Source: Octopus sinensis (lineage: Eukaryota). From it: a DNA stretch of 57,139 nucleotides. The notes under the pieces were generated by a model. The model was not told the DNA's origin, did no database searches, and saw only the letters and a list, made by a program, of their open reading frames with translations. The stretch is taken from the NCBI RefSeq assembly GCF_006345805.1, contig NW_021833630.1, positions 1-57,139 on the forward strand, in the 5' to 3' direction. Below are positions 1-13,984 of the stretch, in pieces. The position numbers were made by a program, and so were the translations under genes. How positions within the stretch are numbered: position 1 is the first letter of the stretch; every line of letters starts with the position of its first letter.

Positions 1-99
1 TAAATGTTTGTTTACTTGAAATAAAATTTCAATAAATCAAGAATACATTTTGTATGATATTTAATGCACTCTAATCCCCTATTTGGTGTCCAGATATCC

Positions 100-612
100 A
101 TGGATTGGGCAAAATAGTCGGAGCACCACTTTTTATTCATTTTTTTCCTATTAGCAATATAACAAATTCAAAAACTGCTCTAGTTTCTATATAAGTGTTC
201 ATATGCATTATGTTTAGCTTGTGCTTCCTTGCAGTCCTCTGATACTTTTTTGAAGATACATTTAAATAAGTTAAAATGCGTGACCTATCTGTTTTCCAAA
301 GACGACAAACTGCTGAAGAGCAGATAGCTGGAGTTTTAGTCACTAAAACTGCTAACTTGTTTAATGTTTCGAAATTATGTTTAAAATTATGTTGCCATTC
401 AAAATCCAAAGTGAGACAAGCTATGACAAGCATAACTCTGGACGGTAGAGAGGGACTGCAGAATAGTGCAACGTATTGTGTCTAAATACAATCGAACTAC
501 GCCAACAGAAATGACAGCAGAGCCAAACCATCGCCTTACCAACCAAAACTGTTCGTCGCGAGCTCCATAAACCGGACACCATAGTGGAGAACTACAAACC
601 TCTCCTGTTTCC
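100..612 (+). mobile_element. Degenerate 5' part of a Tc1-family DNA transposon (transposase N-terminal HTH region)
   Basis: ORF 276-485 begins MRDLSVFQRRQT..IAGVLVTKTANLFNVSK. Across frameshifts it continues ..HNSGR, IVSKYNRTTPTEMTAE and TKTVRRELHK, matching Tc1 paired/homeo-like HTH segments. Boundaries approximate. Confidence 0.7.
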
Positions 613-619
613 CATTAGT

Positions 620-1580
620 ATTGACAGAAGCGTTCCATTTACTGTTATTTCTTGAAGCAAACGGCCAATAGGAGCCTGTTTGTGCACTATGAATCAGCCC
701 CGCAAACCAGAACCAAAGCCGCCCACGTACAAAATGAATCGCATGTATAAGCGACAAATGCATCGACGCAGCTGACAAAGATGCCAACACCAAACGGTTC
801 CATAGGATTCTACTAGCACACGGTTAGTAATATCCACCATCTTTCTACAAACGACAGCATATAGGCAACGTTGACGGTTAATTAAATTCGTAAGAAGGCC
901 CACTCACCTAAGTCACCTCGAACTACTCTAGTTCGTTGACAAAATCAGTGCTGAAATCCATTATGCGATCCTCCACAACGGCAAAATAAACATACAGAAT
1001 GTACCCTCCGGCTCATCCTTGAGGAAGTTTCGGTTCAGAAAACTTACCACAAGCAATATCGTTAGGTACACACTACCTAATTGCATCAGCAACAACTAAA
1101 AAGTGTACTCGAAGCCCTACGAAGTACGAGAAAAACTGAACATTCGAATCAAGGAACGCATGTAGACAAGCTCTTCAGTCCATAAACACCTGCAAAAATG
1201 CCAGAACCAAGACTTCACGGTATCCTTCAAAGCCACTGAACGTAACACAAGCAGCCTTTGGATTAGACAGGCCACCATATTTAACAAGCTGAATTCAGCT
1301 CTAAACAATACGTAAAGAGTTACAGGGAACAGACTGGTTATTACAGCAACGCCTGTTTGTGCGTGTTCTTATCCTCTCTCTTATATCTGAGTAACCTCTT
1401 ATTCTATCTCTCATTTTTCCACGTGTCCTGGTGAAGGAATCATAACACCGAAATGTTCAAATGCATGGTAAAACTTCTACTATTGTTTTGTGTTCACTTT
1501 TGCAGTTCACTATGTATTTCATTTGTTTCGGCCTTATCAAGTTTTTGTCATATATATAAGAGAGCAAAGTGTACGTACGC
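620..1580 (+). mobile_element. Decayed 3' end of a Penelope-like retroelement (thumb + GIY-YIG + pLTR)
   Basis: Manual translation across stops and frameshifts gives KRFHRILLAHG**YPPSF (thumb) and REKLNIRIKERM*TSSSVHKHLQKC..LWIRQATIFNKLNSALNN (GIY-YIG C-terminal half). A degenerate HHR follows at 1428-1457 (CTGGTGA-A-GG..CC-GAAA), and the element ends at a (TA)n tract. Confidence 0.7.
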
Positions 1581-1584
1581 CGCT

Positions 1585-4465
<2,881 letters not shown>

Positions 4466-4468
<3 letters not shown>

Positions 4469-5782
4469 TTAATTTTATCAAAAGGGAACAAAAAAAAACA
4501 ACAACAACAGGAACAATTACAGTATTATTATTAAAAGGCGCTCAGGAGATGGAAGCAGGGAGGTATGACGTTTCGAGCGCGGAGCTCTTCGTCGGAAACA
4601 TAAAGAAGGAAGAGAGAGGAACGAAAGATCCCAGAGCGGGCAACAGGGAAAGAGAAAAAAGACGACTGGTGTTTACGAGTTGCACATGGTGAAAGGCGGA
4701 TGTTGACGATAACAAGAGCAAAGTGGGTTTTTAAAGGCTAAAGAGTGAGACAAGGTTGGTAACCCAACAGATGTGTGTGTATGTGTGAGTGTGTGCGTGT
4801 GCGTGTGTGTATGTGTGTGTGTGAGGCGAGATGAAAAAACAAAAAAAAATATGTGTGTGTTAGTGTGTGCGTCTGTGTGTAGGCGTGTGAGGTAGGGCGA
4901 GACTAGTGGTCAGCTAGCAGACAAGGTCAGTAGTAAGAAAAAGAAGGAAGGAGGAAGGGAGGTCAGTAGTAAGAAAAAGAAGGAAGGAGGAAGGGAGGGA
5001 GGGGAGGGGAGGGGTGGGGGCGTATAGTAGCGTGCCAGCGTGTGTTGAGTAGTAGTGTGTGTGTGTGTCCAGTGTCGTGGTGGTATTAATGGCGAGTAGA
5101 TTGAATGTGTGTAAGAGTGATGTATATATAGGCAAGGTGTGTATATGTGTTGCGCGTGTGTAACGAAAAAAAGGGGGGGGGTTAAGGAAAAAGGACTCCA
5201 GCTGAGGGGAAGATGGAAGAGTGGTACCGCGGAGACAGGCGTGGGAAAACCCAACGACACGCGACGGTCCCAGGAAGCGGGAGGGTCGGAGGTCTCGTCA
5301 GGTCCAAGGGCGAGGTGTATGCGGCGCGTATGCAGCGCGAGCCGGCGCAAGTGCGTATGTGCGCGTGCCTGCGAGTATGCGCGTAAGTATGTATGTGTGT
5401 GGATGTGTGAGTGTGTCTGTGTGTATGTCTGGGTGGCAGTGTGTCCGATGAATGTATGTGAGTATGTGTGTATGTATGTGTGTGCATAGATGTATGTCGG
5501 TGGTGTGTGGTGTGTGGTGTGTGTAGTGTGTGAGTGTGTATGTACGTGTGGGTGTATGGAAGTGTGTGTATGTGCATGTGTGTGCGCGTACATACAGGTG
5601 TGTGAGGGAGTGTGTGTGTGTGTATGTATGTGTGAGTGTGTATGTATGTGTGTGTCGGATGCATTGTATGTGTATGGGTGTATGTATGCGTGTGTGTATG
5701 TATGTATGTGTACGTGCGTGTGTGTGTGTGTATGCGTGTAGGTGTGCGCGTGTGCATGCATGCATGTGCGTATGTGTGTGTG

Positions 5783-5790
<8 letters not shown>
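4466..5790 (-). mobile_element. Non-coding 3' portion of the same PLE family as 10922-15560
   Basis: 4490-4900 and 5160-5360 align by eye to 10940-11340 and 11590-11830. It carries the same HHR and is flanked by (TA)n on both sides. Confidence 0.8.
4562..4601 (-). ncRNA. Minimal type-I hammerhead motif, family F1 (CCGA core)
   Basis: Minus strand ATGTTT-CCGACGA-A-GAGC-TCCGC-GCTC-GAAAC-GTC-ATAC: 4-bp stem II, palindromic ACGT stem III, GUC site, weak stem I. Confidence 0.6.
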
Positions 5791-5830
<40 letters not shown>

Positions 5831-7884
5831 GAGGCAAGTGAATGTGGCAATGTGAGGTGGAATAGTCCAGATACTGAACTGTACTTCCATACTGAAGTAA
5901 ACTAAAAAAAGAAAAAACAGTATTGACTTACTCTCAAGTGCAGTAACTTTACTCAATATTGGAAGGCAACGAAGGCGTGACTTTTTCTGTAAGTTAGCGA
6001 GCAGAATCTAATATTTTGAAGCCATACAATTATTTTGACAATTTATTCATTAGAACGGAAGGAATTTATAAATAAAAAGTGGAGAAATGGTGTAGAAAAT
6101 AAGCAGAAATATGGCGGCGAACTGAGCTGAATGGCGGGAGATTTTCGCAAACTTTACATCACAGCAATAATGCCTAATTGGATGCAACTTCCTGTTCTCT
6201 AGTCTTTATGTCAAGAATTTACTGGAAGTAATTCATCAAGCCTCTCCCTCTAATTTGTAACGTCTCTTTCTTTATCTATTTACCTCTCTATTTATGTTGC
6301 TGTTTTCACTCCATTTCTCGTTCTTTCTCTGCTTCTCTTAGCTTCTTTTAGTTCATTTAATGTTCTCTTCCGATCAGTTCTTACATTTATGTTTTTTTCC
6401 GTCACAGACTCACTCATTCCTTCACTCAATTGGTTCCTACACATTCACTCATTCTTACTCACCTACTCGCTATATGTATCTCTATATTTCGTTATTTTCA
6501 TATCTTCCCTCTCAGTATACGAAGATGCTTTATTACACAATACGGTCTATCTGCCTATATTCCGCACTCTCGTTTTTTCTCTTTTCTTTCTGTACCTTCT
6601 CTCTTTCTCACCTCGGTTTTTCTATTTCTATTTTCATTTCTCTTTCTTATTGTCTTTCTCTTTCTTCATCTTCAGATCAATCTTAGCTTTCCTTATATAT
6701 CCACCGAAACGAATGCACTCACCGTAAATCTATTGTCGAATAATTTGGTTCCTTGGCCGGTCAGTTAAGCACCGCAGCAGTTTGCATTAATAGAACTCCA
6801 AGAGAATTTAAGTGAATCAACTCTGATTGGGTATGTATGCTAAACTGCTAGCGCCCTCTTTTGAAAGGCGATCGAATAAGTAGGAAAACAGAATCCAACG
6901 TGAGCATATTTTGTTGATTGCTTTTGTCTCTAAGGAATGAGAAAATGTGTTCCGAAGGCGACGTTATGCACCATATATTGATGCGCTTGGCTGGTTTCTA
7001 GCAACTGGGAAATAAGAAAGCAGCTTCAGTTGGAAGGCGGAATAATTTTAGTCGCACAAAGCACATGCTTAGATAGGATTTAGTTAATTAAGTGCACAAC
7101 AGAACACCCCAGTTTCTGGAGTATTCTTGGTCGTTTTGTTATAATTGATTTTTATTGGAATTACGTGAGAAGTAAACCAGAAAATATTTTGGATACCGAT
7201 TCAGAGATATGAAACTTTACGTGATCGGTATATTGTTTTACGGAGCATAATTTTTTCCGTATGCAATTGAAAATAGTTACAACCATAAACTAACTATTTT
7301 CACACCCGGATTACAGACCAAGGGCATAGGATTTCACTACCAATTTACATAAATTTACTTAACCTGAAGACCAGAGAAGTTGATACACTAGAAAACTGTC
7401 TAATTATATAAGAAAAAAATGGAGGTTAAAATGAACTAAAGTACAACATATTGGGATGTATTATCTTAAAAAGGGTTTAACAATTGACTTATTGAACGAT
7501 GGTATTGTATTCTACCTCATACATAAGAATTCTAAGATTGGTTCTGCCACCACAACCGCCGCCGCCTTTACAACGACGATGATGACCACCCCACCACCAC
7601 CGCCAAAACCTCCACCCCCACCATCACCACCACCACCGCTATTACTACTACTACTGCTAGTACTGTAGTTGATGGTGATGATGAATGTGATCATGATGAT
7701 AATAATAATGAGGAGGAGGATGATAACCATGCATATAGAAACCGAGATGAGAAAGTTAGACCAAACACATAGTTAGTAATCCTTGTCCTAGACAGTGTGC
7801 AACACATAAATGAAAGAAAAGTTTAGAAAAGAAATTTTATAGACGAATAAGATTGGTGTCAAATTTTGTCACAAAGTCATCAGT

Positions 7885-8053
7885 TTTGTGGGAGGTAATA
7901 AGTCTTTTACATCGACCCCATTGCTCAACTGGAACTTACGTTATCGACTCTGAAAAGATGAAAGTCAACCTCGGCGGGATTTCAACTCAGGACGTACGAA
8001 ATGTCGCTTAAGCATTTTGCCCCATGTGCTAACGATTCTGCCAGCTCGCCGCC
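7885..8053 (-). mobile_element. tRNA-derived SINE, family A (degenerate)
   Basis: Reverse complement starts GGCGGCGAGCTGGCAGAATCGTTAG and contains the GTTGACTT/TTTCATC..GGGGTCGAT core shared with other copies in the window. Confidence 0.75.
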
Positions 8054-8559
8054 CAATAGATGAATACGATTACTATTTAAAACAGAGCCAAATACAAAAC
8101 ATAAGGTAATAGGTATAAATACTGTAGCTGTTCCAGTAATGTCATTTTTAATATTCTCAGTTTGAGACCTAGCTAGATCAGACCGGAAAACTAGGAAAAT
8201 AATGACTGCATTAAGAATAGAGCTTCCCAAACTCTTTCGGGTTGCCGCCCTCTTGGCACCCAGTCCACATTCCTATCCCGCTCCCCACTGATCACCACAA
8301 ACATAGACCACTTTCCACATCATATTCAAAACAACTGTATTTCACAAATAAACTTAACCTAATTAACCCATTATTTTGTTGTTTTTGGTTACCTCATTAC
8401 CTCCTCCACTTTTCTTCAATGCCCTCCCTTCCAGATCATTTCACCACCTCCAAGGGGGCGATACTGCCCACTTTGGGAACCACTGATTTAGAATATACCA
8501 CCCAAAATTTAATACTGAAAAACTATATATACTTCGAATACAAGGGGATAGCTGTCTAA

Positions 8560-9012
8560 TACAACTAGAAAACTATTACACCATATCCACTGAAGGAATA
8601 CCAAGGTATCTGTTCAGAATTATGGAAAATTTATACGAATAGCTTAGGAACATGATCAAGGCAAACGTCTATTCACATCTTCAACGAAGCTAAGGAATAC
8701 AAAGCAGCGGCCTTGTTACACTTGAGCGTTTTAATCACCTCTATGACTTCAGCCTCTGTGAGGCTAGTCTTCGTTCCTTGTGTCTACCAGAAACTTTTAT
8801 TGAGACTGGATTTAGGAGATCAGCAAACTATTCTCTCAACATCCAAAGGATACTCTTCTCTGTAGAAAGAAGAACCCTGGCATATGTAGATGAGGATTTC
8901 TCATGATGAAGCCGGCGGATGGTCTGCCAGACTCCAGCTTAACCCCAAAGTCCTTCCATGACTTAGCCTTGAACGTTTTTACTGTCTCTTCTGCAACTCT
9001 CCTCGCCTCAGC
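8560..9012 (-). mobile_element. RTE-clade-like LINE ORF remnant (endonuclease-RT linker)
   Basis: Minus-strand translation EARRVAEETVKTFKAKSWKDFGVKLES and, frameshifted, WQTIRRLHHEK resemble the RTE/Rex linker motif WxxFGxxLE..FWxxIRRL. Confidence 0.55.
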
Positions 9013-10075
9013 GTTGATGCTTCTGATCAGGTTTCCTCCAATCATCATGGATCTACATAGCTTTTTCACTCTTCTGGTGTATTCAGAAGAAATCCTTTCC
9101 TTCATCTGGTTCATCATGTGGCCTAAATGTGAAATAATACTCTGATGCTTGTAACCTTCTCCCTTCACTTCTTATATACGCTCGTCATCTGCTTCACTGC
9201 TGTATACTTTTCGCCCTCTCTTCAGTTCGAGTACAGCACATTTATCTAGAGCAAATATCATCTGGATGTCATATGAGAAGATTCGCACAGCCTGAATAAG
9301 GCGGTCCAGTTGACCTCTACTAGCTTCTTAAAGCGTCAACTCGTTTATGAACAGAAGGTGGTTTGCAGTTTGTACCTAATTCCCTTTTCAATATCAGAGA
9401 TAGTAGTAACATGTTAATAAACGGTGGGAGAGACACGACGTCTCCTTGAAAGATTTCCTTCCTGATGTTGACTTGTCAATTTCCTTTCAACCCGCAGCTA
9501 CCACTGTCTTCCAGTTCCTCATACTACTTCTGATTAAATGTATCATATGTTTAGCTGCCCTGGCCATCTTTTCTCTAACGACATTGGTAGAGGCATACAT
9601 AAAGGAATTTAACTCCTTGAAAGCAACTTTATTTGCTTTCCCAACTTCTGATCTTAGCTTCATCTAATCATATGACTTTAACGATGTCAATCTTTTCCTT
9701 TTTTAAGGAGTATCGTTTCCTGAATTCAGCCGCGGAGATTAGCCAGTTCTTGACTAATTTCTTTTCGTAGCTTCCTACTTGAAGGTATCCTTAGGTTTTC
9801 TACAGCTGGCACATTTTCTCCTTCCATGTCCAAGCTCTTGTTCAAACGCTATTCCTTCTGGAACTGAATTCCTTTGCAGTTCCTTTCGCACTGCCAATCC
9901 AATTTCCCTCTGATTCAATCTTTATATCCACTTCGTGATTTTAATCTATCCAATCTGATCAGCCAGTCTTTGTTTACTCACATCCTTCAGCTCATCATGT
10001 TGTTAATGTGTTTTTATCAAGGCTCAAGTAAGCATGATCTGTAGCTTTGTTTCTCTGGTCCACTCTCAGTATAAT
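9013..10075 (-). mobile_element. R4/Dong-like (RLE-type) non-LTR retrotransposon remnant, RT C-terminal part plus upstream pieces
   Basis: Minus-strand translation NHLLFINELTL*EASRGQLDRLIQAVRIFSYDIQMIFALDKCAVLELKRG..GYKHQSI..MKERISSEYTRRVKKLCRSMMIGGNLIRSIN is a decayed HLLFMDDLKLY..FGLDKC..GYKYLG..EYxRRV motif series. Confidence 0.75.
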
Positions 10076-10119
10076 ATTCAGTATAATAATTCACTGTTCT
10101 CTTTTGTCCCTCTTAATTA

Positions 10120-10124
10120 TTATT

Positions 10125-10198
<74 letters not shown>

Positions 10199-10221
10199 CA
10201 TTATTATAATCATCATCATCA
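10120..10221. repeat. (TAT)n/(CAT)n trinucleotide microsatellite
   Basis: Directly visible. Confidence 0.95.
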
Positions 10222-10513
10222 TCTAGATTTGTTACATTATTTATTGAAGACTACGGAAGCATATATTATGGTTGGTACTGTAAATAAGCTAAAGACACTG
10301 ATATGTTTTCTGCTTAAATGCGTTTTTAGAATTTATTAGGTCTGTCGAAATATTCATTTTTCATTCGCATTTGTACAGTTTGCATGCGCACATTTTTACC
10401 TTGATCTTTGCCCGAATATCTACAAATATCTACAAACATGATTAACAACTTTCAGTAGTGTTGTGCTTTCCGGAACTTTCACCTGCTTCAAACGTAATAA
10501 GAATGAATCAGAA

Positions 10514-10584
<71 letters not shown>

Positions 10585-10855
10585 AGGAGAGAGACAACCA
10601 GAGAGAGAGAGAGAGGAGAGAATTGATAGAAAGAAGACATACACGCTCATTCAACTGCATACACGGACTATTATAAATATTCAAGTATATATCTCCGTAG
10701 ACCTACTAAGAGAATATTACACACAGTCACACACACACACATGCTGACGCACAAGCGCACGCACGCCACACACACACGTATATGTATATAGATATACATA
10801 CATTATATGAATATAGTTACACATATATATATAGATATGCACGCTCGCACACGCA

Positions 10856-10889
<34 letters not shown>

Positions 10890-11016
10890 CACACATATAT
10901 GTATATATATATATATATATAATTTTAATCCAAACGGGAAAACAGAAAAAACAACAACACGTGGAACAATTACAGTATTATTATTAATAGGCGCTCAGGA
11001 AAGATGGAAGCAGGAA

Positions 11017-11054
11017 GGTATGACGTTTCGAGCGGAGCTCTTCGTCGGAAACAT
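11017..11054 (-). ncRNA. Minimal type-I hammerhead motif, family F1 (CCGA core)
   Basis: Minus strand ATGTTT-CCGACGA-A-GAGC-TCC-GCTC-GAAAC-GTC-ATAC. Confidence 0.6.
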
Positions 11055-13984
11055 AAAGAAGGAAGAGAGAGGAAAGAAAGATCCCAAAGTGGGCAATAAG
11101 AGGGAGAAAAAAAAAACGACTGGTGTTTACGAAGTACACATGGTGAAAGGCGGAAGTTTACGATAACAAGAGCAAAGTAGGTTTTTAAAGCCAAAAGAGT
11201 GGAGACAGGGTGGTAACGCACAGATGTGTGTGTATGTGTGAGTGTGTGCGTGTGCGTGTGTGATGTGTGTGTGAGGCGAGATAAAAAAAAAAATATATGT
11301 ATATGTTATGTGTGCGTCTGTGTGTAGGCGTGTGAGGTAGGGCGACAGATAGGGCGAACAGTATAGGCATAGCAGACAGTGGTCAGTAGTAAGAAATGAA
11401 GGAAGGAGGAAGGGAGGGAGAGGGGTGGGGGCGTATGTAACGTGCCAGCGTGTGTGTTTCAGTAGTAGTGTGTGTGTGTCCAGTGTCGTAGTTGTATGTA
11501 TGGCGAGTAGATTTGAAGTGTGTGTAAGAGTAATGTATATATTTAAGCAAATGTGTGTTGTGAGTGGTGTATGTATGTGTGCGCGTGTGTGTAACAAAAA
11601 AGGGGGGGTTATAAGGAAAAAGGACTCCAGCTGAGGGGAAGATGGAAGAGTGGTCCCGCGGAGACGGGCGTGGAAGAACCCAACGACACGCGACGGCCCC
11701 AGAAACGAGCGGGAGGTCTCGTCGGGTCCAAGAGCGAGGTGCATGCATGCGCGTATGCGTGCGCGAACCGGCGCAAGCGCGTGTGTGCGCGTATGCGTGC
11801 GCGAACCGGCGCAAGCGCGTGTGTGCGCGCCTGCGAGTGTGTGTGTAAGTATGTATGTGTGTGGATGTGTGAGTGTGTCTGTGTGTATGTCTGGGTGTCA
11901 GTGTGTCCGATGAATGTATGTAAGTATGTGTGTATATATGTGTGTGCATCGATGTATGTCCGTGTGTGTGTGTGTGTGTGTATGTGTATGAGTGTGTATG
12001 TATGTACGTGTGGGTGTGTGGAAGTGTGTGTATGTGCATGTGTGTGCGCGTACATACAGGTGTGTGAGTGAGTGTGTGTGTGTGTATGTATGTGTGAGTG
12101 TGTATGTAGTGTGTGTAGGATGCATGTATGTGTATGGTGTATGTATGTGTGTGTGTATGTATGGTACGTGCGTGTGGGTGTGTGTGTATGCATGTATGCA
12201 TGTATGCGTGTAGGTGTGCGCGTGTGCATGCATGCATGCATGTGCGTATGTGTGTGTGTGCATGTGTGTGGGTATATATGTATGTGCGTATTGTGTGTGT
12301 ATGTGCGTACATGTGTGTGTGTATGCATGTGTGTGTATGTAGGTGTGTAGGCGTGTGTGTATAGGTGTATGTATGTAAGTATGTATGGGTGTGTCCGTGT
12401 ATGTGTGCGTATGTATGTGTGTGTATGTAGGTGTGTGGGCGTGTGTGTATAGGTGTATGTATGTATGTCTGGGTGTGTCCGTGCATGTTTGTGTGTGTGT
12501 GTATGCATGTGTATGTAGGTGTGTGTGTACGTGTGTAATGTATGTGTGTATGCGTGTGTGTGCGTGTGTATGCGTGCGTGTGTGTATGTAGGTGCGTATG
12601 TATGTGTGTGGGAGTGTAGGTGTGTGTGTGCGTGTGCGTGTTTATGTTGGTGTGTGCGTATGTGAGTGTGAGTGTATGGGTGTTTGTCATGCATGTGTGT
12701 GCGCGTGCAGGCGAGTGTGTGTGTAAGTATGTGTGTGTGTATGTTTGTGTGAGTGTGTATGTGTGTATGTCTGTGTGTATGTATGTGCGTATAGGAGTAT
12801 GTAGGTATGTGTGTGTGTATGTGTATGGGTGTATGTATGTATGTGTGTGTGTGTGTGTGCATGTGTATAAGTATATGTGTGTGTGCGTATGTGTGTGTAT
12901 GTGTATGTGTGTGTGTTTATCTATGTGTGTATGTATGTGTGTAGGCGTGTGTGTGTAGATGTATGTATGGGTGTGTGTCTGCGTGTGTTTGTGTGTGTGT
13001 GTAGGTAGGTGTGTGTGTCTGAGTGAGGGTATGGCTGTAGGTGTGTGTGTGTATGAATGTAAGTGTGTGTGTGTACAAGTGTAATGTATGTATGTAGGTG
13101 TGTGTGTGTGTGTGTGTATGTGTACGTGTGCGTGTGTATGTGTGTGTGTGTATGCGTGTGAGTGTGAGTGTATGGGTGTATGTCTGTGTGTGTGTATGTC
13201 TGAAGTAGGTATGTGTGTGTATGTATGTATGTGTGTGTGTGTGCGGGTATGTGTGTGTGTGTGTGTATGTGTGTGTGTGAGTAGGTGTGCGTGTATGTAT
13301 GTGGGTAAGGATGCATGCGAGTGTGTGGGTATGTAGGTATACATACGCACGCACACACCCGAAGCAAGCCCACACACACGAAGCGCGCTCACGCACACAA
13401 CACACAAGCAATACAACGCAAGCCCATGGGGCCGACCAAGCCCCCAGCGAGCGCCAAGGCGCGCGAGCGCAAAGGCACTCGAACGACCCGCTACGCGGGA
13501 ACCCAGGATCCATCAGCCAAAACCGGAAAGCAGAAAAGAGGGGGGGCTGCCTGGATGCAAAAAGGTGTATGTGTGTGTGCATTCAGTGTAAGGGTGTGCA
13601 TGTGTGGGTATGTATGTATGTATGTGTGCCTACATGTATGTGTGCATGTGTGTGTGTGTGAGTATGTACGTGCGGTGTGTGTGGTGTGAGTGTGTGTGTA
13701 TGTATGTGCGTATGTATGTTGTATGTATGTGTGTATGTATGTCTGTGTGTGTTGTGTGTAAGTATGTATGTGTGTTGTATGTATGTATGTGCGTGTGTAT
13801 GTGCATGTTGGTTTGTATGTTAGTGTGTGCATGTATGTCTATAAGTGTGTGTGATTAAATATGTGTATGTATGTACGTAGATGTGTCTACGTATGTGTGT
13901 GTGTGAACAGGCGTGTGGGAGGTAGGTAGGTGTGTGTGTGTGGGTGGTGTATCCGGGAAAAAAAAAGGGAAGAAGAAGAGGACC

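Noticed and set aside
5850-7450. Relatively repeat-free stretch that might hold exons or enhancers
   Set aside because: No convincing ORF, splice pair or motif cluster was found by eye; this would need conservation or RNA data.
7540-7730. Poly-Pro/poly-Gly ORFs (also 30457-30795 acidic ORF and 36801 poly-Leu/Pro ORF)
   Set aside because: These are products of mixed trinucleotide repeats with no flanking protein-like sequence.
11690-11735. GAAACGAG..CTCGTC-GGGTCC (plus) and CCGACGAG/CTGACGAG (minus) suggesting another hammerhead in the GC island
   Set aside because: No strand has both a CUGANGA box and a GAAA box in the right order, and the GAAAC is not conserved in the 5.2-kb copy.
11383-13416. 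677-aa and 417-aa His/Thr-rich ORFs, plus similar HT/VC/YI/SIYL/MYVC ORFs throughout
   Set aside because: These are translations of (CA)n, (TA)n, (TCTA)n and (TACA)n repeats, which lack stop codons in some frames; there is no protein-like complexity.
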